Assembly (NCBI GenBank): GCA_037133315.1
Contig: JBAXOJ010000002.1
Coordinates: 1-38,786, forward strand
From: Clostridia bacterium
GTDB lineage: Bacteria; Bacillota; Clostridia; JBAXOJ01
Direction of reading: 5' to 3'
DNA length: 38,786 bases
The notes beneath the pieces are model-generated. The model did not search any database. It had not been told where the DNA came from and saw only the letters and a list, made by a program, of their open reading frames with translations. This document shows positions 17,697-27,127 of this stretch, piece by piece. Position 1 is the stretch's first letter, and each line of letters begins with the position of its first letter. The position numbers were made by a program, and so were the translations under genes.

Positions 17697-20600
17697 ACAT
17701 CTAATACATAACGTAGCAAAGGAGTTACACGTCTCATCGACGAAGGTAACAATTATGCTTGAAGAAATCGGAATCAACGTCAAAGGGGTTAACAGCTCCA
17801 TTGACGATGAGCAACTTGACCGATTATACAAAAAAGCTGGGGTGAAGAAACCCGAGTCGCAAACGCCTGCCAATCCGCCAAAAGACGCAAAGCAGTTAGA
17901 GCAAAAACCCCGTTCAGGGCCACTTGTCATAAAAAGTAGAGTCATCAATTACGATGTGGATGAGAATACAGATAAATACGGACAAAGTACCATCAAACGC
18001 GTGGACAGCGGTTCGGGATTAATGATGGGCTATTCTCACAATGAAGAAGCAAAAGCAGCGAAGAAAAAGCCGGCAACAAGAAATAACGAGCCAGAAGTGC
18101 AAGCGACCCCTATTCTGAAAAAGAAAAAGCCAGAACCTGAACCAGAGGTTGTATTTGTGCCGATTTTTCATAAGAAGCCAAAAGTGGAAGAACCCGTTGT
18201 CGAAGAAGTTGTTTCAGAAGATATCGTCGATGATATAGTAGATGAAGTCATTGATATTCCGGAAAAACCGGTTCCAACCGTTCGTGTTGATGTGGCGCAA
18301 GTACCTGTAGTCACACCAAAAACAGAAGAACCGAAGACAAGCGACCCAGTCGAAACGGTTTCGCCGCAGGAAACAGTGGCAGAAGCGGCAGTGGAGGTCG
18401 TTCCAGAGACAATTGCACCCAGCAATGATGAAGCAAAAGATGGACCGAAAGAAGAAACTGCCCCAAGCCCGAGACCAACGCAGACAAGACCCCAGAATGA
18501 TCGACCTGTTTCCACAAAACCATATGGGGAGAGACCTACTGCGAGAGGATATAGTGAACGCGCAACAGCAAAGCCTTATACTGCACGACCACAAGTGGAT
18601 CGCCCGCAAGGACCGCCAAGGCCTTATGTAGAACGACCAGCGCCAGGCACGAGACCTTCTTATGGAGATCGTCCACAGGGAGACAGACCGCAGGGGGATC
18701 GATCACAAGGTGGCGCACCAAGACCTTATGGAGATAGACCACAAGGTGGCGCACCAAGACCTTATGGAGATAGACCACAAGGTGGCGCTCCAAGACCTTA
18801 CGGTGATCGACCGCAAGGTGGCGCACCAAGACCTTACGGGGACAGGCCACAAGGCGGCGCTCCAAGACCGTTTGGCGAGAGAAGTTTTGGCGCTCAAAAG
18901 GATAAGGGTGTAGAAATTCCGAAGGCGGATGGCGTTGCTTCGAAAGAAGAACCAACCCGTTCTGCAGAAGAACGTGGCTTAAGCCGTTCGAAAGAAAAAG
19001 AGAAGGAATTTAAGAAAGAGCAAAAGAGAGACACGGTCAAAGGTGCTGTCACCACAGATCGTAACAATAAGATCATTCCGAATGTGTTCAGCGGGAAAAA
19101 AGGCGTCAACGAAGTCATGTCTGACGAATTTATTCTTGATGAATTCTACTCTTCGTCCGACGCAAGAAGACGGAGAAATCGCAGATACAAGCCAGAACAA
19201 CCCAAGTATGTGCCACCAAAAGTGATGCTCACGAATATTTCATTGCCGGAAACCATATCGGTCAAGGAATTGGCTGAAGGTCTGAAAAAGACAGCAGCTG
19301 ACATCATCAAACGCTTAATGGCACTTGGTTTGTTAGTCACCGTCAATAGTGAACTCGACTATGATACAGCGGCGATTATTTGTGAAGAATACGAAGTGAT
19401 TCCTGAAAAGCAAATCGTTGTAAGTGAAGAAGATATTTTGTTTGACGATGCAGAAGAAGAAGACGAATCCTTGATGATTTCACGTGATCCAGTTGTCGTT
19501 GTCATGGGGCACGTTGACCATGGTAAGACTTCGTTGCTGGATGCCATCCGTGATACCAATGTCATTAAAGGGGAGGCCGGCGGCATCACGCAACATATTG
19601 GAGCCTATCGCGTCATGATTAATGGTAGAAACATTTGTTTCTTAGATACGCCTGGACACGAAGCATTTACAGCCATGCGAGCCAGAGGTGCGCAGGTGAC
19701 GGATATTGCGGTCCTTGTTGTTGCGGCAGATGATGGCGTTATGCCACAGACGGTCGAGGCATTGGACCATGCGAAAGCGGCGGGAGTCAAAATTGTAGTC
19801 GCAATTAATAAGATTGATAAAGAAGGCGCGAATCCTGAGAAAATCAAGCAGGAACTGACCGAACACGGCATCGTTTCCAGTGAGTGGGGCGGGGACACTG
19901 AATTTGTCAATGTGTCTGCAAAGAATCGCACAAATATCGAAGATTTGTTAGAGATTATTCTGTTGGAGGCTGACGTATTAGAGCTGAAAGCGAATCCGAA
20001 TAAACAAGCCAAGGGTACCGTCATCGAGGCAAAACTCGACAAAGGACGCGGTCCAGTTGCCACCATGTTGGTGCAGCGCGGCACGTTGAATGACGGGGAC
20101 ACCGTGTTTACGGGATCCATCGTTGGAAGAGTGCGTGCTATGGTGGATGACACAGGCAAGAAAATCAAAAAGGCAGGGCCTTCGACCCCAGTAGAAATCA
20201 TTGGATTACCGGATGTACCCGTTGCGGGCGACGTGTTTTACGCAGTTTCGGATGAAAAACTTGCGCGACAACTTGCGGAGAAGAGAAGAAGCAAACTGAG
20301 AGAACAAGCGTTGAAGGCGTCTTCTAAAGTTTCACTGGATGACCTTTACAAACAAATTACGGATGGTATCGTAAAAGACTTGCACATCATCGTCAAGGCC
20401 GATGTGGCCGGTTCCGTTGAGGCGATTAAGCAGTCGATTGAAAAGCTTTCGAATGATGAGGTCAGAGTCAATGTAATTCATGGTGGCGTTGGCGCGATTT
20501 CTGAGTCTGACGTGACGTTAGCGCAGGTATCGAACGCGATCATCATCGGATTCAATGTGAGACCAGGCAAGAATGTTGCGGAAGCAGCGGAAGCGGCTGG

Positions 20601-20982
20601 GGTTGATTTGAGAATGTACAGTGTCATTTATAATGCGATTGAAGAGATTCAAACGGCAATGAAGGGCATGCTCGAACCGACGTTTAAAGAAGTGATTCTA
20701 GGTCATGCGGAAGTACGCGAGATGTTTAAGGTCACCAATGTCGGCACCATCTGCGGCAGTTATGTGACGGATGGCAAAATAGTCAGAAACGCAGAAGTCC
20801 GCGTCGTACGTGGTGGAATCGTGGTATTCGAAGGCACCATCGCGTCGCTGAAACGCTTCAAAGACGATGCAAAAGAAGTTGCCTCAGGATTTGAATGCGG
20901 TATCATGATAGAGAAGTTTAATGATTTCAAAGAACAAGATATTATTGAAGCATTTATTATGGAAGAAGTGAAAAGAGATTAG
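17689..20982 (+). CDS. infB: Translation initiation factor IF-2 (long form, about 1097 aa)
   Basis: G-domain motifs [20 protein letters not shown] and NKIDK, and an N-terminal IF2_N-like ...[30 protein letters not shown] 17689 lies 8 nt after GGGGG and is the likely start; the ORF-track start is TTG 17653. Confidence 0.93.
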   Translation: MSKHLIHNVAKELHVSSTKVTIMLEEIGINVKGVNSSIDDEQLDRLYKKAGVKKPESQTPANPPKDAKQLEQKPRSGPLVIKSRVINYDVDENTDKYGQSTIKRVDSGSGLMMGYSHNEEAKAAKKKPATRNNEPEVQATPILKKKKPEPEPEVVFVPIFHKKPKVEEPVVEEVVSEDIVDDIVDEVIDIPEKPVPTVRVDVAQVPVVTPKTEEPKTSDPVETVSPQETVAEAAVEVVPETIAPSNDEAKDGPKEETAPSPRPTQTRPQNDRPVSTKPYGERPTARGYSERATAKPYTARPQVDRPQGPPRPYVERPAPGTRPSYGDRPQGDRPQGDRSQGGAPRPYGDRPQGGAPRPYGDRPQGGAPRPYGDRPQGGAPRPYGDRPQGGAPRPFGERSFGAQKDKGVEIPKADGVASKEEPTRSAEERGLSRSKEKEKEFKKEQKRDTVKGAVTTDRNNKIIPNVFSGKKGVNEVMSDEFILDEFYSSSDARRRRNRRYKPEQPKYVPPKVMLTNISLPETISVKELAEGLKKTAADIIKRLMALGLLVTVNSELDYDTAAIICEEYEVIPEKQIVVSEEDILFDDAEEEDESLMISRDPVVVVMGHVDHGKTSLLDAIRDTNVIKGEAGGITQHIGAYRVMINGRNICFLDTPGHEAFTAMRARGAQVTDIAVLVVAADDGVMPQTVEALDHAKAAGVKIVVAINKIDKEGANPEKIKQELTEHGIVSSEWGGDTEFVNVSAKNRTNIEDLLEIILLEADVLELKANPNKQAKGTVIEAKLDKGRGPVATMLVQRGTLNDGDTVFTGSIVGRVRAMVDDTGKKIKKAGPSTPVEIIGLPDVPVAGDVFYAVSDEKLARQLAEKRRSKLREQALKASSKVSLDDLYKQITDGIVKDLHIIVKADVAGSVEAIKQSIEKLSNDEVRVNVIHGGVGAISESDVTLAQVSNAIIIGFNVRPGKNVAEAAEAAGVDLRMYSVIYNAIEEIQTAMKGMLEPTFKEVILGHAEVREMFKVTNVGTICGSYVTDGKIVRNAEVRVVRGGIVVFEGTIASLKRFKDDAKEVASGFECGIMIEKFNDFKEQDIIEAFIMEEVKRD
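18709..18873 (+). repeat. In-frame 36-nt tandem repeat (about 4.6 copies) in the infB N-terminal region
   Basis: Units 18709-18744 and 18745-18780 are identical. Units 18781-18816 and 18817-18852 differ at a few mostly synonymous positions, and a partial fifth copy runs to 18873. They encode [12 protein letters not shown]. Confidence 0.9.
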
Positions 20983-20993
20983 AGGCGAGCAAT

Positions 20994-21356
20994 ATGTCCG
21001 ATAGAATTGATCGAATTTCCGAAGAAGTAAAGAAAGAATTAAGCAAAATTTTCCTTGAGAACCTCAAAGATCCGCGGATGCCGACGATGGTCAGTGTCCT
21101 TGCGGTGAAGGTGGATAAGGATTTGAAATTTGCAAAGGTTTTTGTCAGTGTGCTGGGGGATGACAAGGCGAAGACGGATGCGCAGGCTGCATTGAAAAGT
21201 GCTGCTGGGTTCATTCGTCATGAGATTGGGCAACGTTTGAATTTGCGCAACACCCCAGAATTTCATTTTATCATTGACGACTCGATTGCCCAGGGCGTCG
21301 CGATGTCAACCCTGATTAAAAAGACGATTGAGGCGGATAAAGCGCATGAGAGCTGA
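20994..21356 (+). CDS. rbfA: Ribosome-binding factor A
   Basis: 120-aa product with ...RISEEVKKELSKIF...V..VKVDKDLKFAKVFVSVLG...LRNTPEFHFIID, the typical RbfA pattern and position after infB. Confidence 0.93.
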   Translation: MSDRIDRISEEVKKELSKIFLENLKDPRMPTMVSVLAVKVDKDLKFAKVFVSVLGDDKAKTDAQAALKSAAGFIRHEIGQRLNLRNTPEFHFIIDDSIAQGVAMSTLIKKTIEADKAHES

Positions 21357-22326
21357 GTTAGCAGACATTGCAAGGCAGATAGCGGAGTCCCAACAAATTG
21401 CCATTTTGACGCATGTGTCGTTGGATGGGGATTGTCTTGGGTCCTCGATTGCGCTGGGGCTCGAACTCAGGCGCCTTGGGAAAGCAGTCTATGTATTGAC
21501 TGATGCACCAATTCCAGGTGCTTTGCGTTTCCTGCCAGGGAAAGACCTTGTCATACAAGCTTTGCCAGATGGGTTTACGTATGATATGGCCATTGCACTG
21601 GATTGCGGCGACAAAGAAAGGTTCCAAGATCGTAAAAAGCATTTTGCACTTGCGCGCGTCACCGCAAACATCGACCATCACGGTACGAATGCCGGCTACG
21701 CACAACTCAATTGTGTCGACAAACACAGTTCTTCCACGGCGGAACTTGTATTTGAACTGCTGAAAGGCATGGGTGCTGCGATTACTACGGATATCGCGGT
21801 TTGTCTCTATGTTGGTTTGGTGACGGACACGGGTGGATTTAAATACGGAAACACCAACGAGGCGACCCACATTTGCGCGGCGGAATTGTTGGGATACGGA
21901 CTGAATATTGCGACACTTTCGCAAGATATTTTCGTTTACGAAACAGAATCCATGCTCCGTTTGAAAGCGCGCGCACTTTCCTCATTGCGACTCGAATACG
22001 ACAAACGTCTCGCTATTGTCAGTGTCAGCATGAAAGACTTTGCGGATTGCCAGGCCGAAAAGAGCGAAACCGAGGGCTTTGCAGACTTTGGGCGAGCCTT
22101 GCCGAGTGTGTTTGCCTCTGTCGCATTAAGAGAATTCGAACAAGATAAAATCAAAATCAGTATGCGCTCCAAAGGTGCATATGATGTATCCAGAATCGCG
22201 CAAAAGTTCAATGGGGGCGGGCATATCAACGCGGCCGGTTGCTCCATTGACGATACGTTAGAAAATGCAATTGCACGCATCATTGCTGCATTTGAAGAAT
22301 TGAAGACATACGAGACCAGTGAATGA
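21346..22326 (+). CDS. nrnA: DHH/DHHA1 phosphoesterase, NrnA-like (oligoribonuclease / pAp phosphatase)
   Basis: DHH-family motifs HVSLDGDCLGS, IALDCGD and NIDHHGTN, plus the DHHA1 motif GGGHINAAG. ATG 21346 overlaps the rbfA end; the ORF-track TTG 21328 is less likely. Confidence 0.85.
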   Translation: MRAELADIARQIAESQQIAILTHVSLDGDCLGSSIALGLELRRLGKAVYVLTDAPIPGALRFLPGKDLVIQALPDGFTYDMAIALDCGDKERFQDRKKHFALARVTANIDHHGTNAGYAQLNCVDKHSSSTAELVFELLKGMGAAITTDIAVCLYVGLVTDTGGFKYGNTNEATHICAAELLGYGLNIATLSQDIFVYETESMLRLKARALSSLRLEYDKRLAIVSVSMKDFADCQAEKSETEGFADFGRALPSVFASVALREFEQDKIKISMRSKGAYDVSRIAQKFNGGGHINAAGCSIDDTLENAIARIIAAFEELKTYETSE

Positions 22327-22335
22327 GGGACATCG

Positions 22336-23253
22336 ATGGACGGAATCATCAACATTCTGAAGCCCGCAGGCATGACTTCGATGAATGTCATTGCAAGGGT
22401 CAGACGAATTTTAGGAGAAAAAAAGGTTGGACATATTGGAACGCTTGATCCGGATGTGACAGGCGTTTTGCCCATATTTGTAGGGAAAGCGACGCGCGCG
22501 ATTCACTATGTGCAAGAGGGTGGAAAGACCTATGTGGCGGAGATGCTGCTCGGTACGACCACGGATACGCAAGACCTTAGTGGGGTCGTTTTGCGCAAAG
22601 AACCCTGTACCGCGACAGACCAAGAAATCACGGATGTTTTGATGCAGTTTGTGGGGCATTATGTGCAAATTCCACCGATGTATTCCGCCAAAAAAGTGGA
22701 CGGAAAAAAACTGTGTGATTTAGCGCGAAAGGGCATCGAGGTCGTACGCAAGGACCACCCCGTCGAGATTTATGAAATCCGCAACCTTTCGATCTCACGC
22801 GAGATAAAATCGGATGCAACGCTTGAAATCAAAGTCAGATTTGAGGTAGACTGTTCTCGGGGCACCTATATCCGGACACTTTGCCATGATGTCGGGACGC
22901 GTCTGGGTTGCGGAGCTTGTATGTCGTGGTTGGAGCGCACGCGTTCGTGCGGGTTTTCAGTGGAAAACGGAGTGACATTAGAACAGCTGGAAGCTGCTGT
23001 GTTTGACGGTCACGTCGAAACGGTGATGGCACAGACGCAGAGCGTATTTGAAGCGTTGCCACGTGCGTATGTAGCGGGCGAGAACCGCGCAAAACTGCTC
23101 AACGGCGGCACTTTGGAAGTGCATGAGGAGTTGGCTCCAGGTTTACACACTTTATTTGACGAGGACGACATTTTTGTAGGGCTTTGCCAAGTGACGGTAG
23201 GCGATTTGCAGGGAATTTCGAAGATTAAGATGGAACGACAATTTGTGATTTGA
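22336..23253 (+). CDS. truB: tRNA pseudouridine(55) synthase
   Basis: GIINILKPAGMTSMNV...KVGHIGTLDPDVTGVLPI contains the catalytic Asp motif. Confidence 0.95.
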   Translation: MDGIINILKPAGMTSMNVIARVRRILGEKKVGHIGTLDPDVTGVLPIFVGKATRAIHYVQEGGKTYVAEMLLGTTTDTQDLSGVVLRKEPCTATDQEITDVLMQFVGHYVQIPPMYSAKKVDGKKLCDLARKGIEVVRKDHPVEIYEIRNLSISREIKSDATLEIKVRFEVDCSRGTYIRTLCHDVGTRLGCGACMSWLERTRSCGFSVENGVTLEQLEAAVFDGHVETVMAQTQSVFEALPRAYVAGENRAKLLNGGTLEVHEELAPGLHTLFDEDDIFVGLCQVTVGDLQGISKIKMERQFVI

Positions 23254-23264
23254 TAGGTGAGGAA

Positions 23265-24191
23265 ATGACGGAACAACGGATGGAACGCAAGGCGGTTGTG
23301 GGGCTTGGATTTTTTGACGGGTTGCACATCGGACATATGGCTTTGATTCGGCGGGTGCGTGACTACGCGCAGGCGCATCATTTGGAGTCCGTCGTGTATA
23401 CGTTTGACGAGCATCCGAACGCCGTGATTCACAAGACGCAGTTCTCGAAACTGCTCATGAGCAACGAGCAGAAACTGGCTGTGATGACGGAAGAGGGGAT
23501 TCAGACGGTCATTTTTGACCATTTTAATGATGACCTAGTACGATTGAGTCCAAAAGACTTTGTTGAAGAGGTGCTCGTGCAACGCTTGCATGCCGCACAT
23601 GTGGTGGTGGGTTTTAATTATAATTTTGGCGCAAATGGACTTGGCAACATCGACTGTCTCTTGAAACTTTCAAAGGAGTATGGGTTTACGGTGGAGGTCG
23701 TGCCTGCGGTCTATTTTGAGGGGGAACTGGTCAGCAGTACCATGATTCGGACTCTTCTTGAAGCAGGGGATGTGGGGAGAGTCGAGCGGTTGCTCGGTCG
23801 GCCGTATGCGTTGCCTGGCGTCGTGAGTCCTGGTCGCCAACTTGGCGCGAAAATGAATTTTCCTACAGCGAATATTTATCCGAAAAAGAACCTGATTACG
23901 CCTTTGAAAGGTGTGTACGCGACCATCATCGCGCTGGACGGGCAGACGTTCCAAGGCGTTACCAATGTCGGGACAAATCCGACCGTGACCTGCGAAAATA
24001 CAGTAAAAATTGAAACGCATATTCTTGACTTTGCGAAAGACATATATGGAAAAAACATCTCAATTCAGTTTATCGAGCTCATCCGAGAAGAAGCGAAGTT
24101 CGATAGTATTGAGACTTTGTTTGTGCAAATTTCGAAGGATGCACAGAAAGCGAGGCAGATTCTTGATGCGAGGCAACGGGCTCAGAATTGA
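23265..24191 (+). CDS. ribF: Bifunctional riboflavin kinase / FMN adenylyltransferase
   Basis: GFFDGLHIGHMALI (nucleotidyltransferase motif) and a C-terminal riboflavin kinase region (...NFPTANI...G.TNVGTNPT...). AGGTGAGG lies before ATG 23265. Confidence 0.95.
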   Translation: MTEQRMERKAVVGLGFFDGLHIGHMALIRRVRDYAQAHHLESVVYTFDEHPNAVIHKTQFSKLLMSNEQKLAVMTEEGIQTVIFDHFNDDLVRLSPKDFVEEVLVQRLHAAHVVVGFNYNFGANGLGNIDCLLKLSKEYGFTVEVVPAVYFEGELVSSTMIRTLLEAGDVGRVERLLGRPYALPGVVSPGRQLGAKMNFPTANIYPKKNLITPLKGVYATIIALDGQTFQGVTNVGTNPTVTCENTVKIETHILDFAKDIYGKNISIQFIELIREEAKFDSIETLFVQISKDAQKARQILDARQRAQN

Positions 24192-26517
24192 ACTCAAAGG
24201 CACTGTGCAAGGCGTAGGGTTTCGGCCGTTTGTCTATCAACTGGCAAAGCGCCTTTTGCTCAAAGGCTATGTGACAAATTCCCGCGAAAGCGTCATCATC
24301 GAGGTGCAGGGGGCGCACACCGCGCAACAGGAGTTCCTAGGACTCCTTCGCACCACGCAACCAAAGGTTGCAAACATCACGTCACTCGTCTCTGTCGCTG
24401 TTCCGTTCCAGGACTTTGTGGACTTTACGATTCGGGAAAGTCTCTCTGAATACGGCACTGCCGAAAACATCACGCCAGACCTCGCGATCTGCGCGGACTG
24501 CAAACGCGAAATCGCATCGCCAGACGACCGGCGCTTTGCCTATCCGTTTAATAATTGTACCCAGTGCGGACCGCGCTTCACCATTTTGCGCGCGTTGCCA
24601 TACGACCGTAAAAATACCACAATGTCTGAATTTCAGATGTGTCCGCAATGCTTTGCGGAATATAACGATCCAATGAGCCGACGTTTTCATGCGCAACCGG
24701 TTTCCTGCCACGACTGCGGGCCGCAAATGCGGTTCGATGGCGCAGGCGCTGCCGCAGACGCAGACGCAGACGCAGACGCGCTCGGGCAGGCCCACGCTGC
24801 TTTACTGCGGGGTGAAATCCTTGCCATCAAAGGACTTGGCGGCTTTCACTTGGCATGTGACGCGCACAATCCGGCCGCGGTTGCGCGCTTGCGCACCAAA
24901 AAACGCCGCGACACCAAACCCTTCGCCATCATGGTGAAAGACTTCGCCGTCGCATCGGAACTTTGCGAAATTTCGCCTAAAGAGTCTGCGTTGCTGGAAT
25001 CGCCCGCCGCGCCGATTGTGCTGCTCGCCCGCAAGGCGCTTCCACTAGGCACGACGGACGACGCCAACCCGCGCATCGGTCTCATGCTTGCTTATACGCC
25101 TTTGCACGTCCTGTTGTTTCAGGACGGCATCACGGCTTTAATCATGACCAGCGGCAACATCAGCAGCGATCCTGTTTGTTTCAAAGATGAAGAAGCGTTT
25201 GCGAAGTTGGGTGAGATTGCGGACCATTTCCTTCTCCACAACAGAGAAATTTATTTCAGAAACGACGACTCGGTCGTGATTTGTTTCGAAGAAGAAGCCT
25301 ATCCTATTCGGCGGTCACGCGGGTTTGTCCCAATTGGGCTGCAGGCCGGTGTCGCAAAGCGCATTTTAGCCTATGGAGCCGACTTGAAAAACACCTTTGC
25401 CATTACGAAAGCCGGCAACATCTATCCGAGTCACCACATTGGCGACCTTGAAAACTATGAAGCGGTCCAGGGCTTGGAGGATGGAATCGCACACTTTGAG
25501 AAGATTTTTGAGTGCGCGCCGGAACTGCTCGCATGCGACTTGCACCCTGGGTATGTCTCAACCAAGCTAGCACTGGCAAAGGAAGCGCAGTCTGGATTGC
25601 CATTGATTCATGTCCAACACCATCATGCGCACATGGTTTCGTGCATGGTGGACCACGCCGTCACCGAACCGGTTTTGGGGCTCATCCTCGACGGCACAGG
25701 CTATGGGCCGGATGGATCCATCTGGGGCGGGGAACTGTTGCAAGGCGACGCGACGGGATTCCAACGACTAGGGCATATCGCGCAGGTACAGTTGTTTGGT
25801 GGCGATTTGGCGGTGCGAGAGCCTTGGCGCAACGCGCTTGCGTGGGTCCTTCAGACCTACGGTTCAGGCGGCGAGTCCGCTGGCGATGCCTCTGGCAATG
25901 CCTCTGGCAATGCCTCTGGCATCCTCGAGGCATTAATCGCTGCGAACATCCTCCCACCCGAAAGCACCGTCGTCGCACGCATGATGCAAAACAACCCCAC
26001 GCCACTCCTAACCTCGAGCGCAGGACGCCTGTTTGATGCGGTTTCAGCGTTGCTTGGCATCCGCGCCATCAACACCCACGAAGCGCAGGCAGCCATCGAG
26101 CTGGAATGGCAAGCGATGAGGGCAGAGACGGACGGGGACTGCAATTTGCAAGGCGAGTTGGCAGAAATGGACGTCGTCAACGGCGAGTTGCATCCTGAAA
26201 AATTCCTCGCTTCCATGATACAAGCAAAACTGGCGGGGGCATCCGTTCCCAGGCTGGCACTGACATTTCACCACGCGCTTGCGAGGGGCTTGGTGAAGTT
26301 ATGCAAACAGGCGGCTTCAGATTGCACAAAAGTCGTGCTCTCGGGCGGTGTTTTCCAAAATACGCTTCTGCTGCGCGAAACAAAACGCCTCCTGCAACTT
26401 GAGGGCTATGTGGTATTAATACATCGCACCATTCCCTGCAACGACGGCGGGGTTTCGGTGGGGCAGTGTAAGATCGCGGACGCGACAATTATACGACGAA
26501 AACAAGCCAATCATTGA
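24166..26517 (+). CDS. hypF: [NiFe]-hydrogenase maturation carbamoyltransferase HypF
   Basis: Acylphosphatase-like N-terminus RIELKGTVQGVGFRPFVYQLA. Two Zn-finger pairs (CADCKREI...CTQCGPRF and CPQCFAEY...CHDCGPQ), a YrdC-like block ILAIKGLGGFHLACDA, and a Kae1-like C-terminal domain. ATG 24166 lies 26 nt inside ribF; the ORF-track start at 24010 is an out-of-frame run through ribF. Confidence 0.92.
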   Translation: MRGNGLRIELKGTVQGVGFRPFVYQLAKRLLLKGYVTNSRESVIIEVQGAHTAQQEFLGLLRTTQPKVANITSLVSVAVPFQDFVDFTIRESLSEYGTAENITPDLAICADCKREIASPDDRRFAYPFNNCTQCGPRFTILRALPYDRKNTTMSEFQMCPQCFAEYNDPMSRRFHAQPVSCHDCGPQMRFDGAGAAADADADADALGQAHAALLRGEILAIKGLGGFHLACDAHNPAAVARLRTKKRRDTKPFAIMVKDFAVASELCEISPKESALLESPAAPIVLLARKALPLGTTDDANPRIGLMLAYTPLHVLLFQDGITALIMTSGNISSDPVCFKDEEAFAKLGEIADHFLLHNREIYFRNDDSVVICFEEEAYPIRRSRGFVPIGLQAGVAKRILAYGADLKNTFAITKAGNIYPSHHIGDLENYEAVQGLEDGIAHFEKIFECAPELLACDLHPGYVSTKLALAKEAQSGLPLIHVQHHHAHMVSCMVDHAVTEPVLGLILDGTGYGPDGSIWGGELLQGDATGFQRLGHIAQVQLFGGDLAVREPWRNALAWVLQTYGSGGESAGDASGNASGNASGILEALIAANILPPESTVVARMMQNNPTPLLTSSAGRLFDAVSALLGIRAINTHEAQAAIELEWQAMRAETDGDCNLQGELAEMDVVNGELHPEKFLASMIQAKLAGASVPRLALTFHHALARGLVKLCKQAASDCTKVVLSGGVFQNTLLLRETKRLLQLEGYVVLIHRTIPCNDGGVSVGQCKIADATIIRRKQANH

Positions 26518-26542
26518 TCGTGTTGGCCTGCAAGGCGATGCG

Positions 26543-26683
26543 ATGACTGTTTCGGTTTGTACAAGCAACGAGATGATTGAGCAGGATATCAAATTGTTCA
26601 CGCAGGCCCTCAGCGAAGATGACGAGTTACTGGGCGAGCGCCTGAGCACGCTGGCCCGGGTGCTGCGCGAACTAGGGTATTGA
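26543..26683 (+). CDS. Possible small ORF (46 aa) just after hypF, shorter than anything in the ORF track
   Basis: MTVSVCTSNEMIEQDIKLFTQALSEDDELLGERLSTLARVLRELGY. Its GC-rich composition resembles the hyp genes and it has a weak AAGG 7 nt upstream. I recognise no family. Confidence 0.3.
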   Translation: MTVSVCTSNEMIEQDIKLFTQALSEDDELLGERLSTLARVLRELGY

Positions 26684-26700
26684 GCAGACTGTCGGCCGTC

Positions 26701-26970
26701 ATTTTAACAAAAAACAACCTAGTTTATAATTCCTTGTATAAAATGTGTTTTTTATTTATCGTTTATCGATAAATGCGGTATCGTTTTAACAAAAAAACCT
26801 TCGAAATCAAAATCCTTGTATAAAAAAAGTTTCAAATGAGGCGATTTTTATACAAGGATTTTTCCTACCCCCAGTTTTTTGTTAAAATCACCTTTCAAAG
26901 GGACTGCGAGAGATGAAATAAGGTGGATTTTATACAAGGAATTTCGATTTCGCATGGAATTTGTTAAAAT
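26701..26970. repeat. Nested palindromic repeat element: four ~44-nt units (A> B> <C <D)
   Basis: Units 26701-26744 and 26784-26828 are on the top strand; 26845-26888 and 26927-26970 are their reverse complements. All share TTTTAACAAA(AAA) - N16-19 - (A/T)TCCTTGTATAAAA. Confidence 0.85.
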
Positions 26971-26973
26971 GCC

Positions 26974-27025
26974 GCCTACACCCGCGCCTACACCCACGCC
27001 CACACCCGCGCCCACACCCGCGCCC
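26974..27025. repeat. 12-nt C-rich tandem repeat (GCCYACACCCRC x4 plus a partial copy); G-quadruplex motif on the minus strand
   Basis: Copies at 26974-26985, 26986-26997, 26998-27009 and 27010-27021, plus a partial copy. Six CCC tracts lie exactly 3 nt apart from 26993 to 27025, with a seventh at 26981. Confidence 0.9.
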
Positions 27026-27127
27026 AGCGTTGCAACAGCGCCACCGGAATGCCCTTACCTTCCTGCCTTTCAAATCTTTCTATTGCGGCAACCCGGCAAA
27101 TGGGGTAAAATGAAATCAGATCATTGA

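Noticed and set aside
21358-21924. 188-aa minus-strand ORF and other antisense or alternative-frame ORFs within nrnA, truB, ribF, hypF and leuS
   Set aside because: All lie inside genes with clear family signatures on the + strand, and they lack RBSs and recognisable motifs.
24010-24165. Upstream 52-codon extension of the hypF ORF in the ORF track
   Set aside because: This part runs out of frame through the conserved 3' end of ribF and encodes low-complexity S/R/K sequence. The acylphosphatase-like HypF N-terminus starts right after ATG 24166.
26701-26970. Possible CRISPR array (repeated ~44-nt units)
   Set aside because: There are only four units, two of them inverted relative to the others. 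The repeats are AT-rich and degenerate with irregular spacing, and there are no cas genes or leader. This does not fit CRISPR architecture.
26879-27127. 82-aa ORF (…MPPTPAPTPTPTPAPTPAPS…) in the hypF-hypC spacer
   Set aside because: It has no RBS at either in-frame start. Its first half is read through repeat units C and D, and its middle is simply the 12-nt C-rich tandem repeat. I treat it as non-coding repeat DNA.
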